Shown here: piece after piece, positions 18,501-27,553 of the stretch
Layout: each line of letters opens with the position of its first letter
How positions within the stretch are numbered: the stretch's first letter is position 1
DNA from: an uncultured Gammaproteobacteria bacterium
GTDB taxonomy: Bacteria; Patescibacteriota; Patescibacteriia; UBA9934; GWF2-40-263
Direction: 5' to 3'
NCBI GenBank assembly: GCA_964538435.1
Contig: CAZIDX010000007.1
Span: 4,399-68,398, forward strand
DNA: 64,000 nt
Program-made: the position numbers and the translations under genes
The notes under the pieces: model-generated
The model's database searches: none
Told to the model about the DNA's origin: nothing
The model's input: the letters and a program-made list of their open reading frames with translations, nothing else

Positions 18501-18781
18501 CGAACGTCAGCAAATGATGGGTTGCTGTGTCCGTTGAATTGTTTGGTCAATCGGGTGATTACCTGTCCGGTAACACGATCCGCCAACTGTTTTTCTTTCA
18601 TGCCAGCTGAAACAAGAGCGCTCTTTAGCGAAGCATGAAGCTTTTTACTATCAAAATCTTGTTCGTCACCACTACGTTTACGTATACATTTTACTGAAGT
18701 CATAAACTCCAATACAGCATCTGAAATATTAGCAGTGTCCGTTTTTTTCTCACGAACCTGTTTGGTGGTGGTGTCCGACAT
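15575..18781 (-). CDS. nrdJ: adenosylcobalamin-dependent (class II) ribonucleotide reductase with N-terminal ATP-cone and C-terminal Zn-ribbon
   Basis: 1068 aa. ATP-cone at the N-terminus, RNR catalytic core (NPCSE, GLMD), C-terminal CDTCG...CYKCLNCG zinc ribbon. Confidence 0.9.
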   Translation of the reverse strand: MSDTTTKQVREKKTDTANISDAVLEFMTSVKCIRKRSGDEQDFDSKKLHASLKSALVSAGMKEKQLADRVTGQVITRLTKQFNGHSNPSFADVREVVGLVLIDANLVHVAKRYSQFRNEERVNDKKEQYGKGIDVKRYFTKKDVHPYDEIEWEKRDATIMDHKGNLVFEQKDVEMPKSWSQTATNIVVSKYFYGTIGKEDRETSVKQLVGRVATTISDWGRKGSYFQTKEDAQTFEDELHYILVNQMAAFNSPVWFNVGTPRPQQCSACFINSVEDDMRSILNLCVTEGMLFKGGSGAGSSLSKLRSRHEYLGGSNGKASGPVSFMKGLDAFAGVIKSGGKTRRAAKMVILDVGHPDIDQFITCKVEEEKKAWALMDAGYDGSIDGPAYGSIYFQNANNSVRVNDEFMSAVEKGENWDTKAVTTGETIQTWKAQDLMDLMTDAAWQCGDPGIQYDTTINKWHTCKNTDRIFASNPCSEYMFINDSACNLASLNLMKFRKEENGRMVFDTEAFKKANEIIITAQEIIVGSSVYPTPAIEQNSLDYRPLGIGYANLGALLMSRGLPYDSDEGRNLAAAITSLQSGHCYFQSSKIAEKRGAFAGYKANEEPAMEVMRMHRDESYKIKEEGVPADLLTEARKCWDNTVEHASSHGLRNAQISVLAPTGTISFLMDCDTTGVEPDIALVKYKWLVGGGMLKMVNGTVEEALTRLGYTGSERKEIQDFIEEKDTIEGAPHIKPEHLAVFDCAFKAANGTRTIHYMGHIRMMAAVQPFISGAISKTVNMPHEATKEDIADVYMQGWKMGLKAIAIYRDGSKRQQALTTSKESDAKKQNVEEEKAEIKEAEKQIVQTVKVDSSSKPRRRRLPDERRAVTHKFAVGNHQGYITVGLYNDGTPGEIFITMSKEGSVISGLMDSFATAISIGLQYGVPLEVLVNKFVHMRFEPSGYTNNPQIRIAKSITDYIFRWLAIKFLPQESQVAVGINTAQLSETVAPVADEDVAELVKKDEEEEEQTDEVQTKLFDAKEEKDSKHTQTFDNQSDAPACDTCGSIMVRNAACYKCLNCGATSGCS

Positions 18782-18924
18782 AGGGCGAGTATGTTGGGGA
18801 TCTATTAAGTTGTTATTAGCGAAAGGATCTTAACAAATTTGGCAGAATAAAAGAAGATCCACTTAGGATCATCTCTTCACTCCTGAAAGGGTCCAGATGG
18901 GATGATTCTTCTTCCCCACTGCGA

Positions 18925-18940
18925 CCACTACATGTTGTGG
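18925..18940 (-). promoter_or_regulatory. NrdR box 1 (CCACTACATGTTGTGG)
   Basis: 16-bp imperfect palindrome of the NrdR-box type, downstream of the -10 element. Confidence 0.6.
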
Positions 18941-18949
18941 TCCTGTTCT

Positions 18950-18978
18950 ATTGTAGACCACTATATGTAGTGGTGTCA
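18950..18978 (-). promoter_or_regulatory. nrdJ promoter TTGACA-17-TACAAT (minus strand)
   Basis: -35 is the rc of 18973-18978, -10 is the rc of 18950-18955. Confidence 0.55.
18958..18973 (-). promoter_or_regulatory. NrdR box 2 (CCACTATATGTAGTGG) within promoter spacer
   Basis: 16-bp palindrome, centre 33 bp from box 1, lying between -35 and -10. Confidence 0.6.
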
Positions 18979-19009
18979 AAATGCGGTTATCCACATATTT
19001 TGACGACAC

Positions 19010-19588
19010 TTAGAACCCCATGCTCAGATTGATTGATGCCTTTTCTTCAATTTTATCGGAAAAATCAACAGGGATGGGCCTTCGTCCTCCCAATCGATCT
19101 TCGTAGGCCAGTGCGTTGTACTTTTTTCCGTACTCGTAAACGTCCTTTGTCACCTTTACGTCCTGCAGGCAGTAATCTTTAATCTTCTGGATCTCCCCTT
19201 GCTTCCACCACTCTACCGCTTGGAGTCCATGACCTGATTTTCTGTGACCTACAGATGCTGCTGCCACATCATCAAGCTTGAGACGGAATCCAAGAGCCTT
19301 GTGAATTTCTTCGAGAATGTCGAGGTTTGGAAAATCGAGGAAGTTGCCGGCGTAATAATTGTTCATCACAGGAAGATCAAAGCCCTTGCTGTTGTATCCA
19401 ATAATGCGGCCAGATTTTTCAAGTCGCTGGTAGAGTTGGCCTAGCTCATGCTCCTCAAATGCTTCGAAGGTGTCTGTCTCATAAAAATAGACTCCAACAA
19501 CAGAGATTTTAAGCTTGTCTGTGAAATACCCACCGACTTCTTGAAATGTATTCTGGGTCTCAATATCGAGAACCACCTCATTATTCAT
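19010..19588 (-). CDS. DEDD-family 3'-5' exonuclease (DnaQ-like)
   Basis: Exo I LDIETQ, Exo II GYNSKGFDLPV, Exo III YCLQD motifs. Confidence 0.65.
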   Translation of the reverse strand: MNNEVVLDIETQNTFQEVGGYFTDKLKISVVGVYFYETDTFEAFEEHELGQLYQRLEKSGRIIGYNSKGFDLPVMNNYYAGNFLDFPNLDILEEIHKALGFRLKLDDVAAASVGHRKSGHGLQAVEWWKQGEIQKIKDYCLQDVKVTKDVYEYGKKYNALAYEDRLGGRRPIPVDFSDKIEEKASINLSMGF

Positions 19589-19642
19589 AGGGATCTTGGA
19601 GTGATAACGGCAGTATTATAGCACACCGGACTTTTCCACAAT

Positions 19643-20179
19643 CTAGGTGATCTCGTAGAGGTAAATCGTGGTAAATCCAAGCGTTTGTTGCTCTATCTCT
19701 TTGAGGTCCTTGAACCTGAAATCTCGTGAGATTACGCGTGTTCCTGCTGGATATCTTTTCTTTAGGATGGGGGTCAGACGCTCGTTAAACTCAGGGAATA
19801 GATAGGCAAAGATGACATCTGCGTCTGGGAGGTCAGTCTTGAATATGTTTGCACGCAGGAACGTGGCGTTTTCCAGCTTTGCCCGCCTGGCCCTGAATCT
19901 AGACACCCGAACCAACCAGCCCATCTGCTCAATCCCAACACCGATTGCCCCAAGCTTGGCAGCTTCGAGTACGAGCGAGCCATCACCTGAACCAAGATCC
20001 AGGACACACTGGCCTGGCTGAAGCTCTGCTAGATCCATCATGGCTTTTGAGATTTTTTTGCGAGTTCTTACCCAAGGAACAGAGACAACACCACTTACAA
20101 GCAGGTACCCAGCAAAAATCAAGAGCCCTATTAGAAAGAGCTCTGTGAGAAATATACAAAATAGAATCAGTGTCTTCAT
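19643..20179 (-). CDS. membrane-anchored class I SAM-dependent methyltransferase
   Basis: N-terminal TM helix; VLDLGSGDG motif I. Confidence 0.65.
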   Translation of the reverse strand: MKTLILFCIFLTELFLIGLLIFAGYLLVSGVVSVPWVRTRKKISKAMMDLAELQPGQCVLDLGSGDGSLVLEAAKLGAIGVGIEQMGWLVRVSRFRARRAKLENATFLRANIFKTDLPDADVIFAYLFPEFNERLTPILKKRYPAGTRVISRDFRFKDLKEIEQQTLGFTTIYLYEIT

Positions 20180-21594
20180 GGTGTAATCTTTGCGCTTGCA
20201 GCAGCTGCTTTCACCCCCTCTGAAAAGGTTGGGAATGCGTGAATCATGCTGGCCAGCTTGTCTACAGTGGCATTTAAGTGAATAGCTAGCGCGATCTCGT
20301 GTATCACCTCACCAGCTCGCTCTCCAACCATGTGACCTCCAAGAACCTTCCGAGTCTTTGGGTGCGCCACAATCTTTATGAGTCCAAAGCGCGTATTCTC
20401 AGTAACTGCGCGCCCGAGTGCACCAACATCATAGCTACCAACCAATGCGCTCTTGAACTTTGTCTCGACCTCTTGCTGCGTTAGGCCAACAGACGCCACT
20501 TCTGGGTCTGTGAACGTAACACGTGGCACAACACGCTCATCAATCTTTTTCGCAGGCTCGCGTTTCTTTTTTGCCAACATCCCAGCATTTAGACCTGCAA
20601 TGTAGCCTTCGTGGTGGGCAGTGTGGGTGAAGCGCATGCCCCCATTTACGTCTCCGGCTGCAAAAATGTGCTTTACATTTGTTCTTTGCTCTTTTGATGC
20701 AACAATGTCTCCGCGCTCGCTTAATTCGACTCCAGACGCGTTGATCTCTAGCCCATCGATGTTTGATTGCTTTCCGGTAGCAAGAATGATCTGCTCAACA
20801 GCAAGGGTCTGCTCCCCATCGACTGACTCAACCCTGAGGCCATATACCCCACCGCGCGCGTCAATGATTTCGTTGGTCTTTGTGTTGACTCTGATGTCAA
20901 CACCGAGTTTTTGCAAACGCTCATGCGCGATCTGTGTGATCTGGACATCCTCTCGGCTCAAAATCGTTGGTGCCGCCTGAAGAAGGGTCACGCGCGTTCC
21001 AAAGCTTGCAAAAAACGTGGCGAGCTCACATCCAACTGGCCCTGCACCGATCACTGCCAATGTCTTTGGCTGCCTTTTTACTTGCACGGCCTTTTTCCAG
21101 GTCCAGTAGGTGCCTTTTTCCAGCCCAGGTATTGATGGGATTCGATCTCTGGCTCCAGTTGCAATCACAACCGTTTTTGCGTAAATATTTTGCCCGTCCA
21201 CTTGAATCATGTGATCATCCAGAAATGTTGCTTGGCCTGTTTTGACGGTTACGCCTAGTTTTTCAAAAATTCGCACATAGCGCTCCCCCACCTTCCCTCC
21301 ACCTGTGATTGCTTCAACAACCTCGTCTCGGTACTGAGTGACTTTTTCAAAATCAAAAGAAAGGTTTCCAAGCTCGATTCCAAGCTCTCGCGCGTGCCTT
21401 GCCTTGTGATACATCTTTGCTGCCCTAAGAAGAGCCTTTGTGGGCACACAGGCATAGTTTGGACACTCACCCCCAAGCTTTTCTTTTTCGATCACACATA
21501 CGCTTGCTCCTGTGCTCACAGCCGCTTCTGCAGCAGAAAATCCTGCAGATCCGCTTCCAATAATCACGACATCAAATGTTGATTGTGCTGACAT
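20176..21594 (-). CDS. FAD-dependent pyridine nucleotide-disulfide oxidoreductase (dihydrolipoyl dehydrogenase family)
   Basis: GSGSAG FAD site, redox-active GGECPNYACVPTK, NAD site GAGPVG, C-terminal HAFPTFSE dimer-interface motif. ATGA overlap with the upstream gene. Confidence 0.75.
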   Translation of the reverse strand: MSAQSTFDVVIIGSGSAGFSAAEAAVSTGASVCVIEKEKLGGECPNYACVPTKALLRAAKMYHKARHARELGIELGNLSFDFEKVTQYRDEVVEAITGGGKVGERYVRIFEKLGVTVKTGQATFLDDHMIQVDGQNIYAKTVVIATGARDRIPSIPGLEKGTYWTWKKAVQVKRQPKTLAVIGAGPVGCELATFFASFGTRVTLLQAAPTILSREDVQITQIAHERLQKLGVDIRVNTKTNEIIDARGGVYGLRVESVDGEQTLAVEQIILATGKQSNIDGLEINASGVELSERGDIVASKEQRTNVKHIFAAGDVNGGMRFTHTAHHEGYIAGLNAGMLAKKKREPAKKIDERVVPRVTFTDPEVASVGLTQQEVETKFKSALVGSYDVGALGRAVTENTRFGLIKIVAHPKTRKVLGGHMVGERAGEVIHEIALAIHLNATVDKLASMIHAFPTFSEGVKAAAASAKITP

Positions 21595-21597
21595 AGA

Positions 21598-22593
21598 TTA
21601 GTTTTCAAATGCGCCGCGCGCTGCCTCCCAAAGACGTGTGTCTCCGGCCTTTTTTAAGTAATACCACCATTCAGCTCCCCAAAGATAGGTTTCGCTCACA
21701 CCTGTTTTTGCAGCAAACTCAATGTTGGTCTGGAGCATTTCAGCTGTGAACGCGTCGTACCATTCAGCAGGCTGCTTGCTTTCGATGGGTTCTGGGAACC
21801 ATGGCTCAGCCTGGAGCTCTGAGACGATAATGTCGTCTACATATCCGCTTACAGCACCTGATCGGAAGAAGTAATACTCAGGGCTGAGTGGATACACAAA
21901 ATATCCAAAGAGATCGTTCCAGGTCTGCCTGTACAGTGAGAATCCAAGCACATCAGCTGATTGAGCGGCGTCTAGCCATGGTCCAATCTCACCACTCACT
22001 GTCACTTGAATCGGTCTGTCGTCAAGGCGGCGAACAAGATCTACACGATCCTGGAAGTTCTTCATTGAAATATCTGGACACTCACCAAATGGGAAAAAGG
22101 GTTCGTTTTCTACTTGCCAACGCACAATGGCTGGATTGTCTTTGTATCGAAGAACCGCCGCTTGCATAAACGCAAGCAAGGCCTCTTGTCTTTGTGTGTC
22201 ACTCAAAGTCTCTGCCCAGTCTGGAATAAAACACTCTGGCCATCTTGGTACTTTTTCTCCCACAACCATTGTCATACTGACATTATGATCTTCTGAGTAG
22301 TTCATGATCCAGTCGTAGCGAGACCAATCAAACTCCCCATCAACTGGCTCGATATCAGACCAGTACATTGGGAGCCTGACATGACGCACACCCAGATCTT
22401 GAATCAATGCGGCGTACACTGTGCTGTACATGAGGTTTAGCTGGTCTGAGTAGAGGGTTGAGAATGTGATTCCGTATTCTGTTTCTGGAACTGGTCTGTC
22501 ATTGATCCAATTTGAGGCAAAAGAAAAAACCACCGCAGTGGCAATAACAACGGCAACAAGCGCAATCACGTTTGTTGTTTTTGATGTATGCAA
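21598..22593 (-). CDS. membrane-anchored clan GH-A glycoside hydrolase (GH5-like TIM barrel)
   Basis: N-terminal TM; WQVENEP acid/base motif typical of GH-A (GH5/GH42) enzymes. Confidence 0.45.
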   Translation of the reverse strand: MHTSKTTNVIALVAVVIATAVVFSFASNWINDRPVPETEYGITFSTLYSDQLNLMYSTVYAALIQDLGVRHVRLPMYWSDIEPVDGEFDWSRYDWIMNYSEDHNVSMTMVVGEKVPRWPECFIPDWAETLSDTQRQEALLAFMQAAVLRYKDNPAIVRWQVENEPFFPFGECPDISMKNFQDRVDLVRRLDDRPIQVTVSGEIGPWLDAAQSADVLGFSLYRQTWNDLFGYFVYPLSPEYYFFRSGAVSGYVDDIIVSELQAEPWFPEPIESKQPAEWYDAFTAEMLQTNIEFAAKTGVSETYLWGAEWWYYLKKAGDTRLWEAARGAFEN

Positions 22594-22608
22594 ACCCCCA
22601 GTATTAAT

Positions 22609-24195
22609 CTAAATTTCTTCTCTCTTTTCCCTCAGGAATGCGAGCCAGCTCTCTACAAGGCCGATGGCCGCTTTAAACGGTGCTTCGATAATGAAGTCAA
22701 AGAAGAATAGGAAAATATTTACGCGCGGTGCGCGGATCGCAACCCATCGTCCTGCACGTACGATTGGCAAGAAAATCACATCAACAATGGTTCCAACGAC
22801 ACCTCGTGCTGTGTCAACGATAAGCAGCTCTCTTCGGATGTTTCGGATACGGAGCCCGAAGTAGGCAACAAGACAGAGGAAGAAGATGAAGAAGAAGATG
22901 GACAGCGCGTTGAAGTGCAAAGTCACCAGGAATCCAGCGATTACAGCGATGGTTGCAAGCAGGATAGCAACATAGGCTCCATTGAAGATCCACCAGAGCG
23001 CTCCTCGTCCCCATGGGCGCTTTTGCTTGTATACAAGCCCAAAATCATCTCCAAGCCCCAGAAGCGCATGCACTTCCTCGAGGACTTTTTCTGTGTTTTG
23101 TTTCTTTGGAATACGCACAGAAAGCCCAATCACAGCCAAGAGCAATGGTGGGAATAAGATGTTTACCATCAGCGGCATGTAGTCTGTTGTGTGCAGGACC
23201 AGGGATTCGTATGGGTATTCGACCAGGATAGCAAGGATTGATTTTGTGAACAGCAAGAAGAACGCTGCGCGCACAACTGTTCGGTTGAGCCGCTTCCTGA
23301 GCGAGCCATAACGAGCTTCAGCGGCTTTTGTAATAGCTGTATCAATGGTTGTGGTGTCTCCTGAGTACAATGCACTAGAAAACGCTTCTGGGCTGTCTTT
23401 TACAATGTCTGTGAGCAGATGGAAGACAACGCCGTGACGTCTTACAAATCGGAATACAGCGTCTTGAGACTTGTGATAGATCTGATTTTCAATTGACTCA
23501 ATGACCGTGCCAATATTCATGGCAACTTCTTTTGCAACGGCATCGCCTGATTTTGCTGTGCGCCACTTTGGATAGTAGAGCGTGAGGATGCGATAGCGCA
23601 GCGTGGCCACATTTGACTTGAGCACAGAGCGATGCACCGCAACGTAGAGCTGCAGGTCTCGATCAGCCTCACTGATAACCTTTGTTTGCCAGTCAATGCG
23701 TTTTTTCAGTTCTTGATACGCATAGCTTGCTAGAGCCTCGTCAACGCATGGTGGTCCAAGCACGTACTCGATTTCAACTGAGAGCACATCAAGAAGCCAC
23801 TTGTAGACATACTGCCCCTCTTTGGTCTCCCCCTCGAGTGTTCCAAACATGAGTTTGTACTTCTCGAGAATCTGAGAAACCTTTGCAATTGTGTTTGTTG
23901 GGACTTCTTTGTTTGGAAGATACTTTGCCCAAACAAGCTCTCGGAGAAGTGTCTCTGCTAAGTGGTCTGATGGATCCCCTTCTGAGAGACGACGCTTGAG
24001 AATGCGCTTGATTGCGTTGCGTCTGAGCAAATGCTCTTCATCGTACTCAAGCGTGTTGCGCACGGTCTCATACGCAGAAGCAGCCGCAGAGACAGTGTCT
24101 GAGACGTGAATAGTATCCTCTTCTTTTTTTCCTTCCTCTTCTTCTCGGCGGATCTGGATGATGGTGCCAAGGAGGTGTTCGAGTGCTTTGTCCAT
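22609..24195 (-). CDS. hypothetical membrane protein (cytoplasmic N-domain plus C-terminal TM bundle)
   Basis: 528-aa ORF with several C-terminal hydrophobic helices; no motif recognised. Confidence 0.45.
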   Translation of the reverse strand: MDKALEHLLGTIIQIRREEEEGKKEEDTIHVSDTVSAAASAYETVRNTLEYDEEHLLRRNAIKRILKRRLSEGDPSDHLAETLLRELVWAKYLPNKEVPTNTIAKVSQILEKYKLMFGTLEGETKEGQYVYKWLLDVLSVEIEYVLGPPCVDEALASYAYQELKKRIDWQTKVISEADRDLQLYVAVHRSVLKSNVATLRYRILTLYYPKWRTAKSGDAVAKEVAMNIGTVIESIENQIYHKSQDAVFRFVRRHGVVFHLLTDIVKDSPEAFSSALYSGDTTTIDTAITKAAEARYGSLRKRLNRTVVRAAFFLLFTKSILAILVEYPYESLVLHTTDYMPLMVNILFPPLLLAVIGLSVRIPKKQNTEKVLEEVHALLGLGDDFGLVYKQKRPWGRGALWWIFNGAYVAILLATIAVIAGFLVTLHFNALSIFFFIFFLCLVAYFGLRIRNIRRELLIVDTARGVVGTIVDVIFLPIVRAGRWVAIRAPRVNIFLFFFDFIIEAPFKAAIGLVESWLAFLREKREEI

Positions 24196-24201
24196 ACGTT
24201 T

Positions 24202-25551
24202 TTACACAATAAGTGGGAGCCTGTGAATCGTGCTTTTTCGGCCTAAAACAAGGTCTTCAATGCGATATGTTCCGTGAGTTGGCGCTTCAATGTAGCCGTT
24301 CCAGGCCATTCTGGCAACCCCTCCGGAGTGGATCCAATCAAAGAGCCATTCGTCTGTGTAGCGCGGGTCATTTTGTGGGATTCCTCCTCCAACATAGTTG
24401 AGCCATACACGATTAAACTCTTCTTGTGAGCCAATAGGCGGCGCCATAACAACAGCAATACCGAGCCCAGTGAAAAATGAAAGTTCGCTTGGTTTTGTCC
24501 AGAGAATGTCTGTTGTTTTTAGAACTTCGTTGAAATCAGAAAAGTACTCTGCGCGCGAGGCATGCTCTGGGACATTCACCCACTCTCCAAGTTCTTTTTT
24601 GAGCCCGCAATCCTTTACAGCCGCACGGTAGTAGCGCACTGCGTCTTTTCGGTAGCCTGCCATGAGGTTAAGTCTGATCTCGTGCCTTGCAATCTTTGAC
24701 TTGAGACTCTTTAAAATCTTCACACCAAGAGCACGCTGCGCCCCTGCTCCACCAACACTGTAGGTGAGAGTGAGTGGGTGTGTGGATGAGTTTAGTTTGC
24801 AACGAGACGGCCCAAGCTCTTGTTTGAGTGTGGATGTGTATCTTTGCTGGAAGATTCCCTCTGGATCGAGGTTGCAGAGCCGTTCTTTAAGCAGGTCTTT
24901 AAGCACGCTTGCCTTTGCTCCACCAATGAGCTCCTTTGGCATTGGGAAGCCTGTGGCATAGATGTTTTCTGCTGGCACACCATAAAGCTTGAGTCGCTCC
25001 ACCACACGTCCGTTGCTGGCCAGGTACTTGATGCGACTGGTCTTGGGATCAAGCGGTGCCCATGCGCGTGAGATATCAGCATCTGTTGTCACGCACCAGA
25101 TGTCTCCTGGGTAATCGTAGTAATCTGCAAAAAAGGCTGGGATGAAAAAGGTTGTTACGATCGGGAGAGGGTTTTTGGACATCTCTTCGACCATGTGCTT
25201 ACCCAAGCCCTTTTTGATCATTCGAAAAATCTCCTTTACCTGAATGATTGGCTTTGAAAGATCTCTTCGAGGATAAAACTTTGGAATTTGCTGCCAATGA
25301 TCCAGGGCTTCAAACAAAAAGTCTCCGACCACTGGGACCGGTTTCATTCTTGATATTGCCTCATAGATCTTACGACTGTCATTCCAGAGCTTTCTGTCTT
25401 CAGCTGGAATGCCTTTGTAATCGTTTGCTGAGATCACTGTGCCACAAGAGAGATCCTTGAGTGCATAGGCTGCACGCGAGTGCCCGTACCCCATGTTTAC
25501 ATCGATCACCCAGGCTTTTTGGCAATTCTTTGGTTTAAACGGTGACGACAT
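24202..25551 (-). CDS. putative GT-B glycosyltransferase (MGDG-synthase / MurG-like)
   Basis: N-terminal VIDVNMGYGHSRAAYAL resembles the G-G-H-x-R-A-A loop of MGDG synthase/UgtP; weak call. Confidence 0.35.
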   Translation of the reverse strand: MSSPFKPKNCQKAWVIDVNMGYGHSRAAYALKDLSCGTVISANDYKGIPAEDRKLWNDSRKIYEAISRMKPVPVVGDFLFEALDHWQQIPKFYPRRDLSKPIIQVKEIFRMIKKGLGKHMVEEMSKNPLPIVTTFFIPAFFADYYDYPGDIWCVTTDADISRAWAPLDPKTSRIKYLASNGRVVERLKLYGVPAENIYATGFPMPKELIGGAKASVLKDLLKERLCNLDPEGIFQQRYTSTLKQELGPSRCKLNSSTHPLTLTYSVGGAGAQRALGVKILKSLKSKIARHEIRLNLMAGYRKDAVRYYRAAVKDCGLKKELGEWVNVPEHASRAEYFSDFNEVLKTTDILWTKPSELSFFTGLGIAVVMAPPIGSQEEFNRVWLNYVGGGIPQNDPRYTDEWLFDWIHSGGVARMAWNGYIEAPTHGTYRIEDLVLGRKSTIHRLPLIV

Positions 25552-25552
25552 A

Positions 25553-26281
25553 CTAGAAGAAGCTTCGTTCAGCCGATGTGTTGATAATGCGCATTGCGTC
25601 TTCTGCTGTGTCTACAACGGAAATAAGTTCGAGATCTTCTGGGTTGATGGTTCCAAATTCTTCAAGCTGAGTTTCTCGGACCCAGTCAAACAACCCGCTC
25701 CAGTAATCTTTGCTTATGCAGATCACTGGAATGTTCTGCATCTTCCCTGTTTGGATAAGCGTCACGATTTCAAACAACTCGTCCATGGTGCCGTATCCGC
25801 CTGGCATGTAGACATAAGCTTGTGCTGATGCTGCCAGAATAACTTTTCGTGTGAAAAAGTAGTGAAATGCTCGGGAGTGTGTGACGTATTTGTTGATGCG
25901 CTGCTCGTTTGGGAGTTGGATGTTGAGCCCGATGGACTTCCCTCCTGCCTCAGCAGCCCCTTTGTTTGCTGCCTCCATCATTCCTGGACCACCACCTGTA
26001 ATAACTGTGTAGCCGTTTTCTGTAAGAAGCCCCCCTAGTTTTACTGCTTCTTTGTACCACTTGTTTCGTGGGCTTGTGCGCGCTGACCCAAAGATGGTCA
26101 CTTCCTTTCTTGAATCTGTTAAAAACTGGAATCCTTCGACGAACTCGGACATGATTCTAAAGATCCTCCATGAAAGTTCGTTGATGTGCATTGGCTCATC
26201 AAGAGCTTCATTTGGTGCTAGTGGAAGACGGCAAATGCTGTCTTTGCATTCTTGTTCTTTTGATGGTTTCTTTTTAGGCAT
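25553..26281 (-). CDS. LOG family protein (cytokinin riboside 5'-monophosphate phosphoribohydrolase-like)
   Basis: GGGPGMMEA and PGGYGTMDE signature motifs. Confidence 0.8.
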   Translation of the reverse strand: MPKKKPSKEQECKDSICRLPLAPNEALDEPMHINELSWRIFRIMSEFVEGFQFLTDSRKEVTIFGSARTSPRNKWYKEAVKLGGLLTENGYTVITGGGPGMMEAANKGAAEAGGKSIGLNIQLPNEQRINKYVTHSRAFHYFFTRKVILAASAQAYVYMPGGYGTMDELFEIVTLIQTGKMQNIPVICISKDYWSGLFDWVRETQLEEFGTINPEDLELISVVDTAEDAMRIINTSAERSFF

Positions 26282-26314
26282 ATTTGTAGTTGATTTCTAA
26301 GGTATTGTAGCACA

Positions 26315-26854
26315 TTAAGGCGTGTAATCGCGCAGGAGTTTTCTACAGGTCTTTGCGCGCGGATAGATGGTCTCAAGAAGTGTCCAGAAGGCCTTTGAAT
26401 GGTTGAAATGCAGTGTGTGACAGAGCTCGTGAGCGATGATGTACTCTGCGAGCTCGCGTGGGAGAAGTGAGAGTTTGTAGTGAAAGCTGAGCCTGTGTTT
26501 GTGTGTGCAGTTTCCCCACTGAGACTTGTATTTGCGTAGGCGGACCTCGTCGACAGTGAATGGCTGGAATCGACGGAACTTGATGATTGACTCTTCAATG
26601 AGAAGTCTCGTTTGTTTTTCAATGGCCGGGCGCGGTACACCGCGGTGAGAAAGTGTTTTTTGAGGATTCTGCCTTTGAGCGCGCTCAAGTTGCTTGTCAA
26701 TCCAGTCTTGCTGCGTGCGCACAAAGTGTCTTATACGAGTGTCAGACAACCTGGCTTGATGTGGAACCACAACCTCCCATCGCCCACCTGGATGGACCAC
26801 AATACTCATGCGTTTTGCACGCTTGCTGATGCGTATGGGGATATCTGTTTGCAT
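26315..26854 (-). CDS. YgjP/DUF45 (SprT-like) metal-dependent hydrolase
   Basis: HELCHTLHFNHSKAFW zinc-binding motif. Confidence 0.7.
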   Translation of the reverse strand: MQTDIPIRISKRAKRMSIVVHPGGRWEVVVPHQARLSDTRIRHFVRTQQDWIDKQLERAQRQNPQKTLSHRGVPRPAIEKQTRLLIEESIIKFRRFQPFTVDEVRLRKYKSQWGNCTHKHRLSFHYKLSLLPRELAEYIIAHELCHTLHFNHSKAFWTLLETIYPRAKTCRKLLRDYTP

Positions 26855-26867
26855 GGGTGCATTATAG

Positions 26868-26908
26868 CAAGTTTGTGTATAAGAAAACCCGCCGTCGCTC
26901 TGGTGAGC
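26868..26908 (-). terminator. rho-independent terminator after high-GC single-gene island
   Basis: CCCGCC-N18-GGCGGG hairpin (26878-26907) followed on the minus strand by TTTTCTT. Confidence 0.55.
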
Positions 26909-26950
26909 TATGGCGGGCAGGCCCGGTTGGAATGTATCCGTGCGGGGGGT

Positions 26951-27382
26951 CTAGGCGAACGCGATGGCTGCCATGGGGAAGCGCTGGCTGCGCCGGTAGA
27001 GCTGGGCTCGCATGACCTGAGAGCGCAGGCGCTTGCCTGAGACCGGGTCCAGGAAGTTCATCTGGCTGCCGCTGGGCACCTTGCGGGCGACCTCCAGGGC
27101 GATGGTCTCGACGGCCTCGTCGTACTGTTGCGACGGTGTGACGCTCTTCTGCGCCTGTCGGGTCATCTCGTCCCAGCGCGTGAAGTTGGTGCGCGCGGTG
27201 ACGAGAAAGTTGTAGACGAAGAGCAGATCCACAGCGTTCATGCCGCTGGTTTGGATCTCGCGAACGACATCCTGAGCCAGGCTCAGGAACTCGCTTGCGT
27301 CGATGTCTGATCGTTCGTCGTAGCGACGCATCAGGCGCGCGCAGTGCTTGGCGACCGTGGATGTGAGCTGCTGCGGTGTCAC
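26951..27382 (-). CDS. hypothetical protein (single-gene high-GC island)
   Basis: Start chosen at GTG 27382 preceded by GGGAGG SD (track ORF opens at 27418). ~62-65% GC; ordinary composition. The overlapping 197-aa ORF in another frame is Arg-rich junk. Confidence 0.45.
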   Translation of the reverse strand: MTPQQLTSTVAKHCARLMRRYDERSDIDASEFLSLAQDVVREIQTSGMNAVDLLFVYNFLVTARTNFTRWDEMTRQAQKSVTPSQQYDEAVETIALEVARKVPSGSQMNFLDPVSGKRLRSQVMRAQLYRRSQRFPMAAIAFA

Positions 27383-27553
27383 GGTTTTCCTCCCAATCGG
27401 CGCAGGGTATCTGCGCACGAGTTTTGAGACTAAAATAAAAACAAGGCGCTGTCAAGGCCTTTTTCTTACCCAGAACAAATCTGGGTAGCCGCGGACTTTA
27501 GCCTGCGTTCGGACACAAGCTAAAGCTTGCGGCTACCACACACAATGAATGGA

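Noticed and set aside
18782-18920. Cobalamin riboswitch in the nrdJ leader
   Set aside because: No B12-box-like conserved core found; the NrdR boxes explain the regulatory content.
26862-27455. 197-aa ORF overlapping the 26951..27382 gene in another frame
   Set aside because: Arg/Pro/His-rich high-GC frame artefact.
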